Shown piece by piece: positions 39,682 through 51,348 of a DNA stretch of 64,000 bases. The notes beneath the pieces are model-generated. The model saw nothing but the letters and a program-made list of their open reading frames with translations, was not told the origin of the DNA and did not search any database. Origin of the DNA: Psilocybe cubensis (Eukaryota); assembly GCA_017499595.2 (NCBI GenBank), contig CM038998.1:1488001-1552000 (forward strand), in the 5' to 3' direction. A program made the translations under genes and the position numbers. How positions within the stretch are numbered: the stretch's first letter is position 1; every line of letters starts with the position of its first letter.

Positions 39682-40415
39682 ATGTTGACTTTGGATGATA
39701 TTCACTCTACAGCCCATGCTGTTGTATCAATACTCAGGGCATCGGACATGGTTGCCTGCTTGGTTGGCAGCGCAGCAGGGGCAGAGCATGGTATTTCTAG
39801 GATACCCAACGTACGCCTGTCCCGTGTTTGGCTTCTTAATTCACTCATATATCATGCAATTAGGATGTTGACATTTTAGTTTTATCAGGCGCCAAATCCA
39901 TGAATCCAGCCGAAATGAAGAATTTACTCGTCTCAAAAGATTCACGCTTCTTCCTCGAGAAGCCAGTAACGAACCCCAATGCATCATATTTCATTTTAAA
40001 ATATCGGCTCATATCATCGCAAAACAATAGCTGCTGTCATGTCGACATTTTCTTGCCAGGGATGATACATCTACCTCCCATACCTCCCAGTTACATAATC
40101 TACTCTGCACAGACTGCACTACCCACCATGCCGTTTTTTCCAACCCTCCTTCACAAAGTCCAAGCTTGGCTTGCCCATCGCGCTTCACCAAAAGAAAGCG
40201 CCCGCATCAAGCGATCTAATGATGAACAAGACATCAGTGAACTGCTCGATTTTGCTGTCAAAATTCACAAGGTAAAAATCGAGAATCATACCTGGTTGCC
40301 TGATTGGTTCCTGCAGGAAGCCATTGAAGGTGTCAGAGCATACGTTCAGGAGCACCCCGAAACGGCGCCTATGTGGAAAGAAATTGGGTTTTGTGCAAAT
40401 AACAAAGTAATCTAA
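39682..40415 (+). CDS. Hypothetical protein with nucleotidyltransferase-like fold
   Basis: Spliced N-terminus ACLVGSAAG...RIPN|DVDILVL (hG[S]...DxD), later VDIF, and LLHKVQAW...DEQDI helix; this pattern is typical of Pol-beta superfamily minimal NTases. Intron about 39810-39863. Confidence 0.6.
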
Positions 40416-40478
40416 AGCATATTCTGATTTCCTAGATTTGTTCCAGGTTAAAATTCACAGTGCCTTTAGCCATTACAT

Positions 40479-41338
40479 CTAACTCTCGCCATATTTCCAT
40501 TCCAAAACATTTATCCCACGCATCTTCCCTTTCGCTTCCTTATGCTCATCGCAAGTGTAAATCAATTTGAACCCGTTCTTCATGAACACTTTCACACTGC
40601 CATCGTTTCCTGTAAATGTTGATACCCAAACATGGCGTATGCCCATTCGTGGAACACCCCAATCATGAAGTATCGTTCTGACTGCCTCAGTCATTATTCC
40701 CCGGCCGTGATGAGAGGGAGCTAAAAAATCTACATAAAAGATGTGCTTTGTGAGATCGTGCTTTTTACAGGTAGATTTGACATACCTCCTATGCTCCAGA
40801 TGATATTTGGATCGCCTGCAGGAAGTTTGTTGTTACGTTCCTCCACAATGGTTTTGTTTTCCCAATCTAGACTCGCGGCATTGGTGCCCATAAGTTCTCC
40901 AATTGGGCACCGCATAAATCCTATGTCCCCAATGAACGTGTCGCTTCCATCCTCATGAACCTCTCTTATGGCTCTTACTGGGCAGTTTTCCAGTATGACC
41001 AGTCCTCGTTGATCCTTTGTATCTTCTAATTGGCTCAGCAAACGGTCGGAAAGTGATCTTGTGATGTCAAAAAAACTCTGTGCATGAGCTACCGAATAGA
41101 GAAGAACGTTAAAAGCACTAAATGCTGCTCAAGAGCGACCTTTACCTAGAGTATATGGAAATGGAGGACCTCCCAAATATTCGCAAATCCGTGGGTCGTT
41201 ATGATAAGGAACCATCGCTGGTACATCTTCAGGCCGTGGGGGAGTTATTATGATATTGTGGTGACCACGCAGTCGAAGGAAGGGCTCTCCTGTTGTTGGA
41301 TTGACCTCGAGAGGGTAGAGCTGAGGGTTGTACCCCAT
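40479..41338 (-). CDS. GNAT acetyltransferase (RimJ/RimL-like), tandem copy 1
   Basis: PLEVNPTTGEPFLRL, PPFPYT, WSIG|DFLAPSHHGRGIMTEAV (motif A), N.GSVKVFMKNGF. Confidence 0.88.
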
Positions 41339-42183
41339 TCCGACTGTGTTGACTGTCGAGTCGTACGCAGTACTGGGTTCCAAAAAGAGCCGCTTTGTAA
41401 ATAGATTTGCGCGTGTTTTAGGCGAACGCCGACGTTGGGGTATAATAATAATAGGAAGTCGTTATTGCTAGTAAAAAAAACTTTAAGGTCAGCTTCATCT
41501 TTTGGCAGAAGAGTTTTATGTCGAGAAGGGCAAGCGGTCACCTAAGCGACTTTTAATCTTGAGCGCCACTCAGCGCCTATGATCGTGATCTAATTTTAGA
41601 ATTTGTATATAGGTGTATTGGCCCAAAAGATAAGATGATCATTTGCAGTGGAAGACAATACGAACTGCATATATACCGCGCGGCGTCTTTAATAACACAT
41701 TCGGAAGTCGGTACCTTAATGCCCCACCTCTTTCCCAAACCTCTGCAGGCATCTTTCACCGTACGAGTAGGGCACTTCATGTTCTCGGGGGCCATTGCTC
41801 GATATAGTTTGTCTACATAGAAGCGTTCGGTGAATAATGGATGGCCGAAATTTGTGGTGGATTGCCCAAGTAAGTCTCTTGGTCACACCGACGGTTAACT
41901 TCTACTACGAGCTGATTCATTTTCAGCTTCTGCCTTTTCAACATTCGATATTCATATAGTAGTGATTCGGAATCTTCATATGAGATATATACAGTCACGC
42001 CAGATCATAACTATTTATTCTTTCAGAAGTGATGAAGATTTCTCCAGTCTACATGGTATGAGTATGATGATTTTAATCGTTCTCTCAGTAGGAGTAGCCG
42101 CCGCGATCATAAACAAGTCCAATAAATATATAACCGTGTCACTATCATCTATGGGAGAAAATATAATCATATAACTATTAAGA

Positions 42184-43043
42184 CTATGATTCTTCAATGT
42201 CGTATTCCCTTTCCAAAAGCTGTAAATTTCTCATTTCGCCTCGTACCTCCCGATAACTTTCAATGAACCGGGTTCTACGAAACCCGTTTTTCTCGAACAT
42301 CTTGATGCTAGCAATGTTTTCGGAAAAGGCGCCCACAATCACTCGACGCACTGCCATGTGCGGCACGGCCCAATCCTGTAATAACGTGTCAACAGCATCC
42401 GTCATAATACCTTTGTTGTGATGACTTGGTGCAAGGGAACCTTTCGTGTCCTGGTCAGTAGCCCTTTCAAGTTCTTCAAACATTCAGCACTTACATCCGA
42501 TCATCCAGTAGATGGATGGATCTCCTATATTTTTACTTGTATTTTCCATTTCGTTCTTTATTTTGTTTTCCCAGTTGGTTGAATCTGTGTGGAGGTGTTC
42601 ACCGAAGTTATCCCGTCTGATTTTAATAATGCCAATGAGCAGGTCGGAGCCATCTTCTTGAAGCTCGCGAATACAACCCACAGGGGCACCGTCGTAAAGC
42701 CTGGATGTTGGGGAGTTACCGAGCTCTACTTCCTCTAGCTGGCTCAATGCGACATCAAACAACGCCTTTAAATTTCCTAGTAGCTCTTCTGCGTGTTCTA
42801 AAATAGTGGTGTTCGAATGTTTGGATACGGATGAAGACTACTGGGCAACTTGCCTTTAAGGAATGGGCGTGGGGGACTAGCCAACCAATGATACACCCTA
42901 ACGTCGTTGAAATATTCTACCAGAGGCGCTGAGTCCTCCTGTCTGGTTGGCGTGAGTACAATGTTTTTATGTTTCCGTAAGGGAAGGACAATCTCATTGT
43001 TGACTGGGTTTCTTTGCAAAGGGAATGGAAGAGGATTGCTCAT
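42184..43043 (-). CDS. GNAT acetyltransferase (RimJ/RimL-like), tandem copy 2
   Basis: PLQRNPVNNEIVLPL, PPRPFL, LAPSHHNKGIMTDAV, NIASIKMFEKNGF. Same two intron positions as its neighbours; the first intron is GC-AG. Confidence 0.85.
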
Positions 43044-43768
43044 GGTGGTCTGTCAAGGGTTGAGGTTTCTTGTCGATCTAGCGATGGGTCAGCTTTAAAG
43101 CGTACTATAGTCCGGGGGAAAAATGACTCAATCACTGACTATTCACGTGCTCTGTCTTGCACCTGGATAGGATGAGTAAAAATAGTTTTCTAATTCTCCG
43201 GGCGTCTATGACGAGGGCCTAGGCTTCCTGAGACGCATATAAGCGCTGATTCGTAAATTTGGATCATGTAAATCTGTTATAATGGAGCACGGGATTTACT
43301 AGTCAGGATCGAGAAAAAAATAATACTCGTAAATTCATTGACGTCGATTTTTTTTTGTTCTCTTTAGTATCGTGCAACAAGAAATCGAACTTGTCCCAAG
43401 AAGGATTGACAACAAGCTCCCCATATCCCGTCACTATCCATCCTGGTTCGATGAGCTTGGTCCAAAATGTATAAATATGCGAGCGTTTAGGTATGATATT
43501 GATTGAGCATCCACAGTCGGAAACACTATTCAGTTTTGTTTGGGATCTATCTTCAATAACGTCTGAGAAGGGTCTTCGGAATGGAACAAGGCGCGGTATA
43601 TCAATCAATCAATATAATCAAAGCAACATTGCTTTTTGGATCACTGTAATTGGGCCTGAAAAATATGGTAACGCTGGGGAAATAACATGATAAATTGCCG
43701 CCCAACTTTCCGTGTAAAGCACGGGGGCACTGCTAGTTATTATTATTAGTATAAAAACATATAGCTTG

Positions 43769-44617
43769 TTAGGACTTTTTGCTTTCCTCCATGGTCCATT
43801 CTAGAATATGCGAACCCCTCAATTCCCCTCTTACGACTGCATGCTCTTGGATTGTCCGCGTCATTACGAAGCCATTCTTTTCGAATACCCGTACACTGCC
43901 GCGGTTTCCAAGAAAAGCAGAACAGATAATTCTATGAACGTTCATGCGCGGGATAGCCCAGTCGTGTAAGAGTGTGTTGATCGCGTCTGTCATGATGCCT
44001 TGACCATGGTGACTTGGTGCAAGGTAATCTAGAGTGCAAATATGAGATAGTTCATACCGTAGTATGAGTTGATGACCGACATACCGCCGAACGACCATAT
44101 AATATCTGGGTCTCCTTTTCCGAGAATTTTGTTGCGATCAGCTTTCTGCTGGGCTTCTTTCGTGTCAACATCGAGCAACGCAACTTCTAGACAGCGGATA
44201 ATGTCGAGAGACCCGATGTATTTGTCCGTTCCATCTTCCTGAATTTCACGTATGGAACAAATGGGGGCACCACCAACAATCTTGAGCTCGTCTTGACCTT
44301 GCGCAATTTGCAGTTCCTGAAGAATAGCATCAAGTTTTGGTTTGGTGAGTTGAATCCATTCCTCTCCGTCCTCTGTAATGAGAAATTAAAGTTGTCTTGG
44401 AAATGAGCGAAGGGGAAGAGAACCCACCGTGTGTATACGGATAGGGTGTGTACATTAACCATTTATAGACGCGTGGGTCATTCAGTAATGCGGCGATATG
44501 TGGCGCGTCATCCCAACGCATTGGAGTCATGATAACATTTTTATGCTGTCGTAACCGCAGGAACGGTTCTTGAGTCAACGGGTTTCTTTCGAGAGGGAAG
44601 AACTGATCAACAGGCAT
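43769..44617 (-). CDS. GNAT acetyltransferase (RimJ/RimL-like), tandem copy 3
   Basis: PLERNPLTQEPFLRL, TPYPYT, DYLAPSHHGQGIMTDAI, NRGSVRVFEKNGF. Confidence 0.88.
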
Positions 44618-45206
44618 TTTCGCTAGTATTGTCAGCCATTCCGCAAACCCGCCTCTTTTATATGATCACCGCCGGGAGCAGATTGCTCACGAAGATGACT
44701 CGGATGATGACTCGACAGCAAGTTTTCCCTTGATTCATAGATTGAGTTATATGAACTATCTGAAATGTATGACTGACATAATCTCGACGTATTTTGCTGT
44801 GGAACTTCAGTCGGGGCTGTTCGCCGAGAGGAAAGGAGCTAAGGATGGTCGGCGCACCTGCGCTGGCAGATTGATGCATCAATATCGACAGATAGAAAAA
44901 TTTACCCCAGAGTACCAGTTATAGACGCCTAATTGTCGACGAGATACGATAAAAATCGGGCCGTTAGCAAAAAGAATGACTCCTCCATTTTTTGACGGAT
45001 TGTATGATACACCACTGCCGACGCGCTAACATATGGTATCATATGCGCAAAGCTAACAATGGTTAATAATTTCGAACCAGATAAAGTCACTTTTGTATAG
45101 GCACGTTCTATCTCGTGTATTTCTGCTGCTGGCAACAGACGACCGTGGACGTTGCTGATAAGAAAGTGAAAATTTATTTTTAGATGAGCCGGGGCCGACC
45201 CAAAAA

Positions 45207-45217
45207 TGAGTCACGTG
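45207..45217. promoter_or_regulatory. Overlapping AP-1/Gcn4-type (TGAGTCA) and E-box (CACGTG) elements upstream of eEF2
   Basis: TGAGTCACGTG about 190 nt upstream of the eEF2 ATG; motif match only. Confidence 0.3.
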
Positions 45218-45408
45218 GTGAAGTATATGACCTCCCCTCACGCAAAAGATCGATAAGACAAGGATTTGTCAACTTTTTTGAAACCTTATCCTGCTCGTCA
45301 ACAGTGAAAGTGCTTGCACCCGCTGTTCAAAACTAATCTCCATCGCCGAGATTGTTGTACTCTTACCAAACCCTTTTTCTATCTCCTTCCCATATCAGCT
45401 AGGCCACC

Positions 45409-48334
45409 ATGGTGTAAGTTTTCAGTCTATATCCTTGTCGCCACAGTGCTCATCGATTTTCGTTGATCGTCTCCAGTAACTTCACCGTAGGTCAGTAAAA
45501 AATTGTGTCAGATTGCGTTCCTGTAGATCAATGCTCTTCTTGTAAAAAGACCAGATCCGTGAGCTCATGGACAAGCCCACCAACATCCGTAACATGAGTG
45601 TCATTGCCCATGGTAAAATTTCTTGCTTTCTCTCAAACCAATGGAAAAGCTAAATCAATCTCACAGTCGATCACGGAAAGTCCACTCTCACCGACTCGCT
45701 GGTATCGAAGGCCGGTATCATAGCCCATGCAAAGGCTGGTGAAATGCGTTTTACCGATACTCGAGATGACGAGAAGGAGCGTGGTATCACCATCAAATCT
45801 ACTGCCATTTCAATGTACTTTAAGGTCGACGAGGAGGATGTTGGTGCTATAAAACAAAAAACTGTTGGTTAGTAATACTTTATTCTTTTTTTCAGCCGAC
45901 GAAATCTAACCCCCATTTGCCCAATATAGGAACTGAGTTCTTAATTAACTTGATCGATTCTCCTGGACACGTCGATTTCTCTTCGGAAGTTACTGCTGCT
46001 CTCCGTGTCACTGACGGTGCTCTTGTTGTCGTTGATTGCGTGGAGGGTGTTTGCGTGCAGACGGAAACAGTACTCCGACAAGCTCTCGCCGAGCGTATCA
46101 AGCCCGTTGTTATTATCAACAAGGTTGATCGTGCCCTCCTCGAACTCCAGGTCGACAAGGAATCCCTGTACCAATCTTTCCAACGTACCATCGAGAACGT
46201 CAACGTCACCATTTCCACTTACCACGATGCTGCTCTCGGTGACGTTCAGGTATATCCTGAAAAAGGAACTGTGGCCTTTGGTTCAGGTCTCCACGGATGG
46301 GGTTTCACCCTCCGTCAATTCGCTGGAAGATACGCCAAGAAGTTTGGTGTTGACAAGGACAAGATGATGACCAAGCTCTGGGGCGACAATTATTTCAACC
46401 CTGCCACCCGCAAGTGGACCACCGTTGGCACTGACGCTAGCGGTAAGGCCCTTGACCGTGCTTTCAACACCTTCGTGTTGGACCCCATCTTCAAGATCTT
46501 CGATGCCGTCATGAATTTCAAGAAGGATGCTATCGGCCCCATGCTCGACAAGCTCGACGTTAAACTTGCTCAGGATGAGCGTGATCTCGAAGGAAAGGCT
46601 CTCCTTAAGGTCATCATGCGCAAGTTCTTGCCCGCTGGTGATTCCCTTTTGGAGATGATAGTCATTAACCTTCCATCCCCTGCCACTGCTCAACGGTACC
46701 GTGTTGAGACCCTCTACGAAGGCCCTATGGACGATGAGTCTGCTATCGGTATCCGTGATTGCAACCCTGCTGGCCCCCTCGTCCTTTACGTCTCCAAGAT
46801 GGTGCCTACTTCCGATAAGGGACGCTTCTATGCGTTCGGTCGTGTGTTCTCTGGAACTGTCAAGTCCGGACCCAAGATCCGTATCCAGGGACCCAATTAT
46901 CTCCCCGGAAAGAAGGACGATCTCTTCATCAAATCTATCCAACGCACTGTGCTCATGATGGGTCGTTACATCGAACCTATTGAAGATTGCCCTGCTGGTA
47001 ACATCGTTGGTCTCGTCGGTATCGATCAGTTCTTGCTAAAGAGTGGAACCCTGACCACCTCCGAAACCGCCCACAACATGCGTGTTATGAGGTTCTCCGT
47101 CTCCCCTGTCGTGCAGGTTGCTGTTGAGGTCAAAAACGCTGCTGATCTCCCCAAACTCGTTGAAGGTCTTAAGCGCCTATCCAAGTCCGATCCCTGTGTG
47201 CAAGCCTGGATCTCTGAGACTGGTGAGCACATTGTTGCTGGTGCTGGTGAGCTTCACTTGGAGATTTGCTTGAAGGTAAATTCTGTGTTCGATATGACGG
47301 AGTATCTTGATGTTGATGATTGTATTAGGATCTCCAAGAAGACCACGCTGGTGTCCCCCTCAAGATTTCCGACCCCGTTGTTCCTTACCGTGAGACAGTC
47401 AAGACTGAGTCAAGCATTGTGGCTCTCTCCAAGTCGCAGAACAAGCACAATCGTCTCTTTGTCAAGGCTATGCCCATCGACGAGGAACTGACCAAGGCTA
47501 TCGAGGGAGGCAAGGTCAACGCCCGTGATGATTACAAGCTCCGTGCTCGTGTCCTTGCTGATGAGTATGGATGGGATGTCACTGATGCCAGGAAGATCTG
47601 GTGTTTCGGTCCCGACACCACTGGACCTAACTTGTTGGTTGATGTGACCAAGGGAGTGCAGTACCTGAACGAAATTAAGGACTCTTGCGTTGCTGCCTTC
47701 CAATGGGCCACCAAGGAGGGTGTTACTTGCGAAGAGAACATGCGTGGTGTCCGTGTCAACGTTCTTGATGTCACTGTAAGACTATTGCATTGCTTTATTG
47801 AAATTGGGAAACTTAATTCATTCTCGACAGCTGCACACTGATGCCATCCATCGTGGAGGAGGACAGATTATCCCCACTATGCGTCGGGCCACCTATGCTG
47901 CCTGCCTGCTGGCCACCCCCACTCTCCAGGAGCCCATCTACCTCGGTGAGTAACAAGCCAGGAGAGCATGCATGTACTTACAGATGAATACGACAGTCGA
48001 GATCCAATGCCCTGAAAATGCCATCGGTGGCATCTACAGTTGTCTGAACAAGCGCCGTGGACAGGTGTTCAGCGAGGAACAGAGGCCAGGAACGCCCATG
48101 TTCACAGTGAAGGCGTTCCTGCCCGTCGCAGAGTCATTTGGCTTCAACGGAGAGCTGCGCTCGCATACTGCTGGACAGGCATTCCCGCAGAGTGTGTTCG
48201 ACCACTGGGAGATCATGAACGGATCGCCGCTGGAGAAGGGCAGCAAGATGGAGGAGCTTGTGAGGAATATCCGAGTGCGCAAGGGACTGAAGCCAGAAAT
48301 CCCGCCTCTGGACACATACTACGACAAGCTCTAA
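45409..48334 (+). CDS. EFT2: Translation elongation factor 2 (eEF2)
   Basis: [59 protein letters not shown], diphthamide loop [17 protein letters not shown]. First coding exons are 5 nt (45409-45413) and 14 nt (45477-45490). Confidence 0.99.
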
Positions 48335-48526
48335 GATATGAATCGATTTGTTGTACATCCATAGCATAGCATTGTAACGAGACCAATTTATGTGACACCG
48401 CGTGACTTGTTTCAAAAGTGGATGAGTTGTAAAACATGAAATGATTTTCCACTTTTCTTTCTTTCTCCACTACCATTACCATTACCAGCTTTTAAAACAG
48501 TCGATATACTACTACAGTCCTTTCAG

Positions 48527-49436
48527 ATGGCCGCCTCTCTCTCGGGTCTCTCTGCCTCCGTTACCCGCATTCTCTATCTCACTGGCTTTCCAAAGGAGCT
48601 CAAAACAAAGGACATCCAGGCTGCCTTTGCTGACTACGAGAATGCCTCTGGTGGCTTCAAGATAAAGTGGAGGGACGACACCAGTCTCCTCATCGTCTTC
48701 CACGACGCCGCTGTCGGTATGTCCTCCTCTTTTTTTACACTCAATTCCATCTTCATCCCCCCCGACAGCGAAGCGCGCTTATCTCAACACCGTCGCTTTC
48801 CCCCCGCCTATTCTCACTTCTTCAGCACCTGGTCTCTCGGTCTCTATCAGGCCCTACGATGGCCCTGATGCCCAGGCAGTAATACAGAACGTCAACTCAC
48901 GCGGACAGCACAACTCCAACCCGTCTCGCACCCACAATCCCCGTGCCGCCTCTGTGTCCGTTTTCCCCAATTCTCGCTCCTCTTCCAACTCCAACGCCCA
49001 CCCAAACAACTCCGCCAACCACCACTCTCGTAACAACCATTCTACCGCCACCGCTCAGCACATTCCGCCCTTGACAGAGCGTTCAGAGGGTCAGCCATCT
49101 CCAACCCTCCCCTCTCTTCCATCACACCCAACCCTCAACGCCCTCATAAGCTCCTCTCTCGGCGAGGCAGTCGCTGGTACCAATCCAAGTCTTCCTGCAG
49201 ACCCTGCAATTCTCACCACGAGCTTGCAACAGCAGCACGAGTCCCTAAGCGGACCTAGAATTGGCGATCCCGGCAAACGCATGCTAGGTGCTGCCTTGGG
49301 AGTAAGGCACCCTGCTCTCGGGCCCAGGATGGTTAATGGAGGTGGAGGTGCTAGCCCAGGCCCTGCCCAAGGGAATGGCGTTGACCACATGCGGGACATG
49401 CAGAGGGCAATGGGAGGTCTCGTTGTTGCCGAGTAA
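48527..49436 (+). CDS. Single divergent RRM protein (R3HCC1/Thc1-like RRM) with low-complexity tail
   Basis: RILYLTGFPKELKTKDIQAAF...FKIKWRDDTSLLIVFHDAAVAKRAY, then an N/S/H-rich region and GKRMLGAALG. Intron about 48717-48768. Confidence 0.75.
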
Positions 49437-49978
49437 ACAGCACACGTATGCCGCCTTTGAGAGAGTCTGTGTATTGTCGGGTCTGCATTGTAGTGTTATC
49501 CTGATTGATTGTTGGTAATATTTCCATTCCTTGTTCCCCCTTTTTGCTTTTTCGTATTGATTTTTCGCCCGGCTTTCTCTATGATCTTCCCTGTGTTGAA
49601 TGAGCGAGGATTAGCTGGTCCCACCTTTCCCGTCGCGCTTTGGTCGATTAATACGTACATTTAGTACATCCTTTTTATAAAGAGCCATGCTCGCTTCAGG
49701 ATATGCATTTGCATATGATGTATATCTATTACACCGCACCGCAGTAACAAATCCAATGGTACCAACTAGCCCTGCACGACTTGCTGGTCGTAATTCACAG
49801 CACCCGCAGTGCATTTGTCGTTAGGCTCATCGATTGAGGAAAAGAGGTAATCCCCCTATGAATAGAACGCGCCAGAAGCAGTGGAATGCGTCCGTGCTCC
49901 TTGCTTGCACCCGATATGGTGTCTGGCATTTATCATCAAGCGCCCCGCGCCAACGCCCAGTTTTCTATCGAACAAACC

Positions 49979-50964
49979 ATGACTCAAACCTCAGATGTCG
50001 ATACCTCGGGTTTTCCACCGGGTTATTTCGTCATTAAATCAGTGGCTACCAACAGGCTTCTTGATGTAACTCTGGACGAGATTGAGGATGGGACGGAAGT
50101 TGCTCTCTGGACGGAGAAGGAGAAATCTCTAGTGGAAAGTAAGCAGAGCAAATACAATACCAGCCCATCTCTTTTATTTGACTCTCTTTCGCACTACTCA
50201 GGCTTTAGAGACCCTAAGACAAATAACCAGGTTAGCCTGTGTGTCGACCCCCTCGAATTGTAATAATCGGTCCACCTGCTAGGTTTTCTTTATCGACACG
50301 TCTGGCGCGCTATGTTCAAGGTCTTCTGGCCATGCCATAGACGTTGAAGGTGACGTTCTACACTTGCTTGATATACTAGTTAACTGGGACTCAGACTGTT
50401 GATACAGACGCTTCTCGCCTTGTGCTGCGCCACAGACGCCCAGTTTCATATCCTTTCCCTAACGCATATGCCCACCCATTACCCAAATTCTCGTACAATC
50501 CGCACACAGGCGAGATCTCTGTTAAATTTTCATGCGATCCGGCCTATCCTCCTCCACCAGGACCAGGCGAAACCGCCTCGACAGCATGGCAGCACAAGAC
50601 TTATCTTCTCACCTCCGTTCCTCTGAGGAAGCCACGGACAATCATCGACGACGCGTCCGAGTTTCTTGCTACAAACATTTTCACACCGATATCTTATCTG
50701 ACCGGAGGGCCGGCGCCTACTCCGGCGAGGCCTGACGATGTGTTCAATGCGGATATCGACCTGAACGAAAACGAACTTGTGGAAGAAGAGAGAGGCGAGG
50801 AGGCAGAGGTCGACGATTCGCCTGAACCTGCCAGGAAAGTCACGATCGTCTCGGTGCCGACCGCGGAGAAGAACATGATGGATTTGTTGCTGTCGGAAAA
50901 AACGAGGAATAGGCGCAGATGGATTATTACCCCTTTGCGGACGACAAATGCAAAGAGGACCTGA
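49979..50964 (+). CDS. Ricin-B-lectin-like (beta-trefoil) hypothetical protein
   Basis: GFPPGYFVIKSVATNRLLDV...DGTEVALW...NNQVFFIDTSGAL..SGHAIDV pattern; several short exons. Confidence 0.65.
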
Positions 50965-51348
50965 TAACATCTGAAGGGAAGTTTTGGAAGTCTTTGTTAT
51001 ATGAAGCTTGTATTCTCATTGAACATCAAATTTTTGCTTGGATGGTTCTTGATTTTCTTTTTCTTGAGAGAGAATCTCATCGCCCAGTTACATCTAATAC
51101 CTTGAATTGTTTGATACTGGCGATGATTACAATTGCTATCCTATTTCATAACGCGCATCGGTGTTTGTTGGCACGCGACCTCTAATTAAAGACCCCAGGT
51201 CGAGTCAGACCGTTGTAACCGATACACTGTGATTGGCAGATATTCCCGCGAACGACCACGCTCATTTCACACCTTGATGTTGGAATTTGGCGCCCACGAC
51301 CCCCTTTACTTTCCATTTAACTCTTACAAAGCCAAAATCGATCTAGAA

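Noticed and set aside
42184-43043. GNAT copy 2 as a pseudogene
   Set aside because: The apparent breaks resolve with a GC-AG intron and a normal second intron; the frame is intact.
45892-48482. Several long minus-strand ORFs over eEF2 (for example 46283-46942, 219 aa)
   Set aside because: Antisense shadows produced by the biased codon usage of a highly expressed gene; no recognisable protein.
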